Assembly: GCF_006345805.1 (NCBI RefSeq)
Contig: NC_043004.1
Span: 74,648,001 to 74,712,000, forward strand
Source of the DNA: Octopus sinensis
Lineage: Eukaryota
DNA length: 64,000 nucleotides
Direction: 5' to 3'
Each line of letters opens with the position of its first letter. Position 1 is the first letter of the stretch. Below are positions 1 to 10,929 of the stretch, one piece after another. The notes beneath the pieces are model-generated. The model had not been told where the DNA came from. It worked only from the letters and a program-made list of their open reading frames with translations, and ran no database searches. Made by a program: the position numbers and the translations under genes.

Positions 1-214
1 AGTCCTTCACAGGCTTCTGTCAGAAGGGCAATGTAATCTATACATTCTATAGAGGGTAAGAATTGGAATGAGCGGTGATGTTCTCGGTAAGACTGAGGAG
101 GAACAACTAATTTGTCTATCCAAGAGGACTTCCAGCCTTGGACAATTTTCAAAAAGTAGTAAAATACGACTGCGCAATCTCCTAGAGTAGTGAATAATTA
201 ACAGCAGTGTAATT

Positions 215-830
215 ACTTTTCCATTCATTATGTTTCCTATTTTCAAATCTTGCCCTAAATATTTCATCACTCAGCAATTCAATGAGATTTTCCTGCAAAC
301 TGTACATCAGTAACATTAGTGGAGGCGCAATGGCCCAATGGTTAGGGCAGCGAACTCGCGGTCGGAGGATCGCGGTTTCGATTCCCAGACCGGGCGTTGT
401 GCATGTTTATTGAGCGAAAACAACTAAAGGTCCACGAGTCTCCGGAAGGGGATGCTGGCGACCCCTGTTGTACTCTTTCGCTCCAACTTTCTCTCACTCT
501 TTCTTCCTGTTTCTTGTCCTCGACTTCCTACGCAACCTCTGAGCCTGGATGCGCATTCATCCATACGTCGATGTTCTCGGTGTCGGGGTTGACCTGCTTT
601 CTCTTCTGTGGGTCTTACGAATAGAAAAGGACCATGTATCGAACTTCTCCCACTCCAGAGGCGCGATCTTGCGAGCTCTGGGACGAAGGCCGCTTCGCTC
701 AACAAACAAACAAACAATCATCAACATTAACATGAACAGGAAATGTCATCCAGTGCGTGTATTTAACTTCAGTAGGTCACTAAACCGAGCTTGCATATCA
801 TCATGCAGGTTTTGAAAATGTTCAGCATAC
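215..830 (-). pseudogene. hAT (Buster/SCAND3-like) transposase C-terminal fragment, interrupted by a SINE
   Basis: Minus-strand translation gives YAEHFQNLHDDMQARFSDLLKLN (about 760-830) and LQENLIELLSDEIFRARFEN (about 240-300), resembling the hAT C-terminal region; AACATTA occurs on both sides of the SINE. Confidence 0.5.
321..720 (+). mobile_element. tRNA(Arg)-derived SINE (octopus OR-like)
   Basis: Pol III A box TGGCCCAATGG, B box GGTTTCGATTCC, TCG in the anticodon-like position, (AAAC)n tail; the head recurs on the minus strand near 19190-19295, 26660-26763 and 47510-47628. Confidence 0.8.
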
Positions 831-1555
831 AATACAAGGTAATCACTATGCGGATTACTGCTCATTAATTCCTAAATAGGAAATCGTAATTATGCACGAT
901 ATAAAATATACATTTTATAGAGTTGTGCTTTCCCTAGAAAAACAGTAATAGCTCTTTAGGCGAATATGAGATAAGCTGTTTATTAATCAGATTTATTTTA
1001 TCAAATATATCTGCTCAGTAAAATACATCACATTTAGCAGCAACCATTTAATGGCTGTTAGCCAGAAATGAGAACGGACTTTGTAATAGCTGTCTAATAC
1101 GTCGGATTTTCTCCATTTTTGTCAAATTTTTACAAATTGTTTTCTATCCAACATTTCGAATCAATGGAGGAAGCTTTTAAAAAACAAATTAATTCATGAA
1201 TTTAAAAGTCCCGAAAGTGCCTTCAGGAAAACAGCAAATGCTAAAACCTTTTCCGTCTTCGTTATTTTTCATGTTATAGTGTTTTTCTGTATTTCCGTAT
1301 TTTAATCTGGGATCTCAGCACCGTCATCCTCTGGCGTAGACTGTTTTTAATTTGACCAATATATTGTTACCGACACTCTGAGCAAGTTAATACAAATATT
1401 AGGTTTTCCGAAGCACAAGTGAAGATGATTCACTTAATGTTTTATCAACTTTAATTGCTTTTCATATTTTAGTCTTAGTTGAAAACGTTTAAAAGACGGA
1501 GACCAGTACTAAAATGTGCTTCATGATAAAATTATCTTAGCATTTCCTACCTTGT

Positions 1556-1698
<143 letters not shown>

Positions 1699-1699
1699 T

Positions 1700-1935
1700 T
1701 CAACGGCACTCCGTCGGTTACGGACGATGAGGGTTCCAGTTAATCCAATCAACAGCCTGATCGTAAAATTAATGTACCACAGACACAGTTATCTTAAACG
1801 TAGTTCTCGGGGAGATTCAGCGTGACACAGAATGACATGGCTTGTCCTTTGAAATACAGGTACAACAGAAACAGGAAGAAAGAATGAGGAAAAGATGTGG
1901 TGAAAGAGTACAGTAGGGCTCGCTCCCGCCTGGAG
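1700..1935 (-). mobile_element. SINE 3' body, truncated
   Basis: Homologous to 26435-26630, which is joined to the tRNA-like head at 26660-26763. Confidence 0.6.
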
Positions 1936-3545
1936 TTGGAGGTGCTTTCTGTCCCTATAAATGAACGTCTAATGACTCAACAATTGCACCTGAAAAGCGG
2001 GCAGTTTGCTACTCTAATAAGTCCGTATGCACCTACTTTGACTAACTGTGGTGAAGATGAAACTATTTTTTATACCCAGCTGAGAGCCATACTTAGAACA
2101 ATCCCTAATTCTGATAGTCATTCTACTGGGGGAATTCAAAGGCAACGTCGGAACAGGCCGTCAAACATGAATCTCTCTAGGACGTTTTAGAGTAGGGAAA
2201 CAGAATAGGAATGATCTTATCCAAGGTCTAAAGTTTGGCACCTGCTAGATTACGTCATCATCCGCAAGCGTGACGTCTATGATATTTGCAATGTCAAGTC
2301 CTTTCATGGATCGGAATGCTGGACAGACCACAGTCTGGTGCGAGCAAAGTTCCGATTGATGAATAGAGTGAAAGAGAGAAGAAGGCCAGTTGGCATTCCT
2401 CGGCGTCTGAAACATGATGCTGTGGTGAGGGATAGAGCTTCGAACTCGCTTGTCCAGAATTGAAAATACTGTAGAATGGGAAGAGTTTTGAGACCAGGTT
2501 CTTCAATATGCTGCTGAATCACTGGGATATGCTACTACCAGACACAGAGACTGGTTTGATGAAAATGATACTGAAGTTCAGCGACTATTGGTGCTAAAGC
2601 GTGGTGCCCACAATGTATTGCTACACAGAGGACTTTCTGCTGTGCAGCGAAATCTAGTTCTTGCCCACTATAGCAGTGTAAAATCACTACTGCAGCGATC
2701 TCTCAGGAAGATGCAGAACACTTGGTGGGATGATCTTGCTCTGATGTTCAGGCTGCTGCTAATGCAAATGACAGCAAGAAGCTTAACCATCTTATGAAGC
2801 AAGTTTATGGGCCTAAGAGCTCTGCATCAGCTCCTTTGCTTTCCAAGGAGTCTTCCACTCTATTTACTAAATCAACAGGAATCACAGGTCGCTGGATCAA
2901 ACAGGTCTCTGAACTCCTAAACCATGAGTCAGTTATGGATGAAACTATGATTGATACTATGCAACAAATACCGATAATTGTCTCATTAAATTCCACGCTC
3001 TCAATAGATGAAGTAATGACATAATGACATCACAAAGTAAATTGAATCTTGGTAGGGCACCTGGAAAGGATGGAATTTGTGCTGAGGTCTTGCGATTTGG
3101 TGGTGATTACATCATACAGTCCCTTGATGAACTTATTAGTGCAATGTCTAAGGCATGGAAAGATGCAATTATTCTTCTCTATAAAGGAAAAGGAACCTGA
3201 ACAATGTGTGGTAACTACAGAGGTATTGCTCTACTATCAGCAGTTGCAAGGTTCTAGCAAATATTCTTCTGACCCGCCTGAATGAGTGTCTCGTAAATGA
3301 TGCTCTTCCTGAATCTCAATATTGCTTCCGATCTGGTAGAGGTACAATGGATATGATTTTCACAGCAAGACAGGTGCAGGAGAAGTGCTCTGAGCAGAAT
3401 ATGGATCTGGTCCAGGTATTCTTGATTTAACGAAGGCCTTTGATACTGTGAATAGGTCCTTTCTATGGAAAATACTTGGCAAACATGGATGGCCGGATCA
3501 CATTGTATTTATAATTAAATCATTTCATGATGGGACGGATGCTTG
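1935..3545 (+). mobile_element. RTE-clade LINE fragment (APE endonuclease to RT), frameshifted
   Basis: PINERLMT..LHLKSGQFATLISPYAPT, LPESQYCFRSGRGTMDMIFTARQVQEKC and KAFDTVNR motifs. Confidence 0.85.
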
Positions 3546-3969
3546 AGTCATTGGATGCTTGGGTCTATATGCATATATACCTAGGTACACGTTATTCCCA
3601 TACACACGCATACATCTATCATTTATGCTTACACACAGTGAAAAGAAAAGTATATAAGCGAACACATAAAAAAGCTGAAACATACTGGCAAACATATACA
3701 TATATATAATGCACACATAGATATCTATACACACATATATATACAACACATTCCCCGCGCTTATGTGTTAGTACTCACACTTTATACATAATACACTTCT
3801 AACACATACCACGTTTGCTTTTGCTAGTAGAAGAGAGACGAAAAGAAAAGAAAGAAGGCACAAAGCGAATTAGATAAGTTGTGGTAAGTGGGGAGCAGAG
3901 TGAATAGAAAAACGCTTGAATTTTGGTACATTACCTTTCAATAAGAGAATCGCGTGGGATAAGAGAAAA

Positions 3970-4130
3970 AAATTCAATAGAATTTATAGTTTACTCGAAT
4001 ATTCTGGGAAACTAGCTTCAAGAATTCCCTACCTATATTAGTTTTTACGGCAATGTAAAATGTGGGATTAAACCACAAAACCTTCCTAGTTCTAGTCCTA
4101 CGTGCTCTATTACTGTTAGTTAAACCTTGA
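3970..4130 (-). mobile_element. Penelope-like element fragment
   Basis: RKVLWFNPTFYIAVKTNIGREFLKLV resembles the PLE post-RT linker. Confidence 0.6.
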
Positions 4131-4131
4131 C

Positions 4132-5388
4132 TATACAGGTCAACATTTAAATTCTGTCTGAAATTTGAAAAAAAAAACAAGTGTTCAAATGTTATATTTC
4201 ACTGAAATTTAATCCTCAATGTACTTTCCCTGACTATCTATGACATCCTTCCATCTATTTACTGGCATTTTAATCCCATCAATGTAAAACTCGTTTGGTT
4301 TCAATGCAAAGAACTCTGAAATGACACTTTCAACCTCCTGCTGGCTTGCGAAAGTTATGTCCCCCAAATGATGCTGTAAACTACGTAACAAAATGTAGTC
4401 TGAAGCAGCAAGGTCGGGAGAATAAGATGAGTGAGGAATATTTTCCCAACCAAGCTCTTCAATATTCTGTGATGTGATATTTGCAGTGTGGGGTCGCGCA
4501 TTGTCCTGATGAAACATCACTCCTTTTCGATTCACTAAAGCGAGTATTTTCTTCTTCAAAGCTTGGTTCAAACGCTCTAATTGCTGAGAGTAGACTTGAG
4601 CATTGACTGTTGCATTAGGCGCTAACAATTCAAAGAGAAGAAACTTTTTCCCATCAAGTTCCCTTCTCGGTTGTGGTTGAGCTTTTCCCTTTTACCAAGC
4701 CACTGTTTACGACATTTAAAATTTCGCTAGAGAATCTATTTTTTCATCACCAGCCACAAATCTATCCAAAAAGGGTGAAATGAGTTCGAGAGAATGGAGA
4801 GAAGAGCACATGTCAACTCGGGATTTGCGGTTGCTTTCGGACAATTCATGAGGTACCAATTTTCCAAGTTTAGGAACCTTTTAAAGTTGTTGAAGAGGAC
4901 GACAAACAGTTGTATGGTTTGAACTAAACTTTGTTGCCAAGTCTTCAACTGATAGTACAGGATTTTCTTCAAGTAATGCCTCAAGGAGCTTATCATCAAG
5001 CTCAACTGGACGTCCTGTTCGATCTTCATCTTCAAGGCTAAAATCTCCACTTCTGAATTTTCAAACCATCTTCTGCAAGTTCTTTCATTCAAGCATCTTT
5101 CCCATAAACTAAGTGTATGTTTCAAGTCGTTTCGGCAGCAGAGTTTCCTTTTTTCTTCTCATAAAGAATTATGTGCCTCAAATGCTCTTCGGATACTTTC
5201 ATGTTAGAAAGGGTTTTAATGAAAGCAATTTTAATTCTATTATTCTGTAAAATAATATTTAATTAGTTTAAATCTACACAAATGCATAAAAATAATTTTA
5301 AACTCCATTGGACATTCTAAAACAGTATTGAATTTCATTCAATTTAAAAAAAGGTAAAATAGGTAACAACTTATGGGATGACCTGATA
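4132..5388 (-). mobile_element. mariner transposon, degraded
   Basis: ORF 4209-4628 has HQDNARPH and YSPDLAASDY; diverged TIRs (TACAGGTCA... / ...TGACCTGATA). Confidence 0.9.
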
Positions 5389-5389
5389 C

Positions 5390-5610
5390 ATAAAGAGGTG
5401 AATATCGAAATATGAAGGATCGCTACAAATCTTAAATTTAGTGATAGTATAGAACACATTCACCCACATCAATCTTTTATTACTCTTAAGGACCACCAAC
5501 CCGATTTTCGTAGGATCCCTAAATGTAGACTAATTAACCCAGCTAAAATTAGAAATAGATATTATTAGTGAGAATATTTTAGAATATATCATACTGAAAT
5601 ATTTGTTCCA
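5390..5610 (+). mobile_element. Penelope-like RT fragment
   Basis: Plus-strand translation FITLKDHQPDFRRIPKCRLINPAK. Confidence 0.65.
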
Positions 5611-5740
5611 GTAGATAGTAAAAGCTAAGCATGTGAGTGCACGTGAGTAAATAAATGTAAAAACTTTGTTGATGATGCTGTTCTCGGCATCTTTGTTGTT
5701 AATGTTGTTTTTGCTCAGTATTATTTCTTTCGCCATTCTC

Positions 5741-5750
5741 GGAAATTCCC
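5741..5750 (-). promoter_or_regulatory. NF-kappaB consensus site upstream of peptide gene A
   Basis: GGAAATTCCC (reverse complement GGGAATTTCC) matches GGGRNWYYCC; the homologous position upstream of gene B reads GGGAATTCC (51763-51771). Confidence 0.35.
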
Positions 5751-6249
5751 TGGGAAATTTTATGATCAGCTTCACCGATAAATGTTTTGGGTTTTTGAAT
5801 TATCTTTTCTTAGTCCTTGGTCTGAAAAGTAAATTTGTAAATTTATTATTATTGAAAAATAAATTAGTAAAGACAAGATTTCTAGCAATATTTTTCAGGA
5901 GATTTTTCAAAGGATTCTAAGACTAAGTGCGCAGGATTGGAAACTTAGAAGATAGAGAGCACATTGGAAATTACTGATCTAAAGCACAATTTCTTATGTC
6001 CCTGAACAATTACACTAGATCCCCAATTTCCTACGTTGCACCCGTGTATCCCTACAAATCTTATTTGTACCCCTAGTCAAAGCAGGCTTACATTTTATTA
6101 TTTTCAATATTTGTTTTTAGAACGCGGGCATTTAGTAGATGAAAGGAGTGAGCTAGTACATCCTATTACAAAACTATTTGATAGTTTTCTAACGAAGCTA
6201 TTGTACATAAATGCATGAAGCATCATATTGAAATTTTTTCCAGAGGATA

Positions 6250-7170
6250 GATATCTTGCAAACAACTTGCACATGCAAGTGCTACCAGTTAAAAGCTCCG
6301 TATATCGGAAACTAGCAAGTGTATGGGGTCATCAGGAGAGAATGCGCGCCGTTTCGGGGCCTACCTCTCGACGGCATCAATGCGCACCGGCCCCCCTCAC
6401 TGATATGAGGCCCCGCTTGCTAGATCAGCTGGTTATGATGAACTCAATATACTTCTAGCCATCGCTCATCGTCTCTTTTTAACCAAATCCAGTGGCTAGC
6501 CTTCTCCACTGTAGATTGGATATCAGTCATGGTGGTATTGACTTTACGATGAGTTAGGCCTAACGATAACTCTTGCTACATCGTATATTGAGCTTGATAA
6601 TTTTCCCAGTTTTTCCACTGTAGAGCCTGTCATTTTATAAAGAGTCCGACAAACCTTGTTTTCAAACTCTTTATATTTCACTTTCTCATTAGCAGCAGGC
6701 CACAAAACCCTCGGTTTCCTCTGAGTATTATCCGATGCACCAGTTTCATGACTTGTAGTTTCTTCACGTGAAGAGTTCTGTGCTGTAGCATTTATCGATC
6801 CGCTGTGGTTTGAGTCCGGGGATGATTTGCCACGTGTTTTACGATCTGACGATCCACACTGCTCTGTCCTCTTCTCACAAGTCTTTCCCTGATGTATCTT
6901 CAAGCCTCTCTCAGTTGCAAAGGTTCTATAGCACAGCTTGCATCCAAAGTTGTTTGCATTTCGTCCGCTGTTCGAATGAATAATCATGTTCGTTTCAAAG
7001 GTCGTTTCCGTGCTGACTGGGTTTGATTGATTCTCGACTCCCCCCTCTCGGTCAATCATGGGGCTGTCTTTTCCTGTTATGTCTGTTACAATAAAATACA
7101 GAGGCGAGGATCGTAAGTCCGTAGCCTCCGCCAGTCTTTCCTGGTGTCGATAGTCTTTCCTATTGTCCGC
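6250..7170 (-). mobile_element. Internally deleted HERO/R2-superfamily-like non-LTR element
   Basis: N-terminal zinc finger CKLCYRTFATERGLKIHQGKTC and KPRVLWPAANEK, fused close to C-terminal VEKASHWIWLKR and a GC-rich 3' UTR; absent at the homologous site upstream of gene B (about 52250). Confidence 0.65.
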
Positions 7171-7269
7171 TTAAATTTATATTTTGATATCATAATTCAC
7201 AAACTTAGAATATTTCTTATTTTAAGTAGGATTGTATCTAGTGACTCATTCTTTGCATGAAAAAATTAA

Positions 7270-7572
7270 TCAAGTTAATGATAATGCTATCAGGTGTTAG
7301 AAAACGTGATAATTTCAAACACCACCACTCCCGTTTGCTTTAATATAAACAGTTGAGATTTCTACAAAACAGATGAATAAAGATAACCTTTACAAATTTG
7401 TATTTATATCTATCAATCTTAATTTGCATCTTTTGTTTCTGAATTATTTTTGTGAGAAATTCTCATCACAAACATTTTGAAGTCCGCTTCAATTGTTCTC
7501 CAAACGCATAAGTACCGACAGTAAACTCTTTCAGTATCAGATTTTGTTCTGGCAATTGACCAAAACACAATC
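7270..7572 (+). promoter_or_regulatory. Proximal promoter/5' UTR of peptide gene A
   Basis: Aligns with 52380-52677; TATA-like CATAAGTA (7507) lies about 25-30 nt before TCAGT/TCAGA Inr-like motifs; octamer ATTTGCAT at 7422-7429. Confidence 0.55.
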
Positions 7573-7621
7573 ATGATGCAAAGAACATTCATCATCTGCG
7601 CTTTGCTGCTCTTTGTAACAG
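7573..7621 (+). CDS. Peptide gene A exon 1, signal peptide MMQRTFIICALLLFVT
   Basis: ATG plus hydrophobic core, then ACAG|GTAAG donor in phase 1; paralogous exon at 52678-52726. Confidence 0.85.
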
Positions 7622-8542
7622 GTAAGAAATACCAGTCAAACATTTGCCTTCCACTCGTCACATTTCTTTTGCATCTCTTTATTAATATTGTCCTCTAGTC
7701 AAGATATGATGGATTGAAACAATATTCATGCCGTTGTATTAAGTTAAGGCTTTTATGTTCCTCGTTTGGGAACATAAAAAGGGCCAATGTCGATGTTAAC
7801 TTTCACTCATTCACTCATCTGTGGGTCGATGACATACTAGTCCTATACATTTCTTCAACGTATGAAATCCTGTGCATATGTCGTAAAATTAATATTTCGT
7901 TTGAGTCAGTAAAATCTCATGATACGTTTACCATATACATGCTTGCGTCTTCGTATCTTAGCGGTATTGTAGAGCTGCTTCCGTCGGTTGTGATGGTGTT
8001 ACCTTCAGGCATTATCGCATTAGCGAAATTCCACGTGGTATAAGATATATTTTTGAAATCCGCTTTGATTAATGCAACGCTGGTACTGAAAATGATAGGA
8101 AAACTAAACCAGTTACTGTTTTAGGCTGGAGGGGTCGGCATAAATGTAGAAGGAAACGTTCAAAGATATCTTTTGAAACGGCCCTCTTCGCTAGCACGTC
8201 CGATGATATTGACAGCACCATTTTATATGTATGTCGCAAAAGCAATATACAATACCATACGGAAAAAAAAGATTATTCTGAAATAAATATAGAGAATCCC
8301 CCTGTTATCGAATAGGTACACAAATATCAGTTCAAGAAATACTGGTAGAACATTTCCATCAAAACATCTGTCAGTTAGGATTAGCTTTTATTGTAAGAGG
8401 AACACTAAAATTATGCAAGACTTTTCGTAAATTTAAAATGTAAATTTAAAATGTAACAATGTCTTCGTTATCTACATTCCAAAGATAGAGCTTTCTATCT
8501 TTGTTAGAAACCAGCTCCTTACATTTATTTCTTATTTTACAG

Positions 8543-8754
8543 CTATGCAGTCTATGGGTACTCAGTTTCCACCTCCACCATGTGGATATTTTAACACAGA
8601 CCAATTCATTTGTTGCGAATTCCATCTCGTTTACAAACGACATATCACTAATAATGCTTGTTGTGGTATTATACCTTACACCTCCGGAGACCCCTACTAC
8701 GAAAAATGCTGTCATCATCATTGGCCTTTTTATCATAAATTCGTATGCTGGTAA
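8543..8754 (+). CDS. Peptide gene A exon 2: secreted galaxin-like Cys-rich peptide (86-aa precursor)
   Basis: Polypyrimidine TTTCTTATTTTACAG acceptor joins in frame to (A)MQSMGTQFPPPPCGYFNTDQFICCEFHLVYKRHITNNACCGIIPYTSGDPYYEKCCHHHWPFYHKFVCW*; AATAAA at 9044. Confidence 0.85.
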
Positions 8755-9149
8755 ATCCTAATGTAACGTGAGAATTTCCTCGACCCTGTCTCAATGATTC
8801 AATGACATAAATAATTACATTCATTATATAGATTGTTAATTTTAAAAATATAACCAACGATGCTATTATTAATGTAGGATATATAATGCCGCTGAGGCCG
8901 ATTTTGAAACCCTTTTTAACGTATTACATAAAACGCTGTAAATCACTTACTTCTCTTCCTGTAAGACTTTCGTTAACTTCCTTTCGTTAATAAGAGATAA
9001 TTTGATTAAATTTTAAAAGTATCATTGTACAGAAAATATAATGAATAAAAATGATGAATGATATCAAGTGTTGTTTCAAGTGTTGTTTCAAAGGTAAAAG
9101 GTAAACGGGGGTTTCCATCTTCTTCTGCAAAAGCCTGAGACTGAAACCC

Positions 9150-9427
9150 AAGAGACTGAACCCCAAGAGAGTGGACTCCAAGAGAATGGACCCAAAAGAG
9201 TGCTTCCCAAACATTTACTCTGGCTTTCATGTCTTTATGGGATTGTTTTCCCATAAATTACTATGTGAGGAGGGCGGTTTAGAAAGACACGTTGTGCTTG
9301 TGGTGAAGACTAAGGTGCTCGAAAATCGAGATGTTTGAAGATGTTTCCAGAGACATAATTAAGAATGCATGTACCCGGTTCCGGAACCGACTTCAGGTTG
9401 TGGTGTAAGCTGAGGGCGATTACATTA
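9150..9427 (+). mobile_element. Tc1/maT-like transposase 3' fragment
   Basis: Translates to NACTRFRNRLQVVV*AEGDYI, a typical Tc1/mariner C-terminus. Confidence 0.55.
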
Positions 9428-9619
9428 TCAAAATTTGAATTACGGCTATGTCAAGTCTATGACACACTTTAATTACACTTATGATCAAGTATGAAAAGTC
9501 GAGTCAGTGAAAAGATACAATAGTTGTGACTCGGCTTCTGTTAATGTATAATGTTATATTATACCACAAAATCACAACTAAGATAGATTCACCAAGTCCC
9601 TATTCCGTTTTATGCGCCC

Positions 9620-10207
9620 TTAAATATGGTTTCAGATTATAAATACCTTGGGTCATACATATCATCATCTGGAAAAGACTTTCTAACTAGAAAGGGTATG
9701 GCCTGGTCAGCCTGTAATGACATGCATAAGATCTGGTCATCAAATCTAAGTAGAGACTTCAAACTTGAAATATTCAAAGCCACAGTCGAACCAATTCTAC
9801 TATATGGCTCAGAAACCTGGACGTTATTAAAGAAGCTTGAGAGGCGGTTGGATGGAACCTACACTCGCCTCCTTATGAGAGCTCAAAATCTCTCGTGGAA
9901 GCGCCATCCAACCAAAATGCATATATATGGGAAACTACCACCTGTGTCATCTCTTGTGAAAGGTAGGAGAGTCCAGTTTGCTGGACATTGTTGTAGAGCT
10001 GAAAAAGAAGTAATTTCTACTCTTCTCCTCTGGAAGCCATCTACTCGCAATACCAGAAGGCACACACTCTCCTACCCTGATGTAATCTCCAGGGATACAG
10101 GCATCCAGCAACAGGACCTCCGTAATGCCATGATGGACCGTGAAGTCTGGCGTAGCATGGTAAATTCCATTGTCTCGACCACGGTCGAACAATGATGATG
10201 ATGATGA
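9620..10207 (+). mobile_element. RTE-like LINE 3' fragment with (TGA)n tail
   Basis: YKYLGS and ILLYGSETWTL motifs; tandem TGA repeats follow the stop codon. Confidence 0.85.
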
Positions 10208-10364
10208 AGTGTTGTTTGTTCTTCTCTGTGGATGATTTATGTATATTGAAATCAAAGAATTCTTTTACACGACCATAAACTGTTTCGCGCTCCAAAGTTA
10301 CACACAAATTCAACAATTTTGTAAGGTATATAATATACCTGTGTATGTACATGTATGTGCGTAG

Positions 10365-10444
<80 letters not shown>

Positions 10445-10578
10445 AATTAGAGATAAACCACTATTAGGCAACTCAAAGCTTAGGTTTTATCTCTAATTTA
10501 ATTTATATTTATATTTATACTGTGAAATTTGATTTAATCCTAAATCTAATTTTTCCCTGTAAGTTTGGATATACTCCC

Positions 10579-10675
<97 letters not shown>

Positions 10676-10695
10676 TACATACATATATGCATATA

Positions 10696-10756
<61 letters not shown>

Positions 10757-10768
10757 TATATATATACC

Positions 10769-10808
<40 letters not shown>

Positions 10809-10929
10809 AAGTATATTTGCCACTTAAATGTGGCAAATCACTAAGGGTGGATGCTACTGTAGCTTGTAGCCCAAGGAGAACATCTTCTCCACCTGGCTAT
10901 TGACACACTTTCTGTGCTCTATCAGTATT

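Noticed and set aside
321-400. tRNA-Arg gene
   Set aside because: Continues into a SINE body and tail, has multiple diverged copies, and the acceptor stem does not pair properly
6325-6360. GAAAC...CTGATGA in the HERO-like 3' UTR as a hammerhead
   Set aside because: No NUH site or helix I/III between the motifs
8501-8761. Alternative 86-aa hydrophobic frame over gene A exon 2
   Set aside because: Not in phase with the signal exon and not conserved in the paralog
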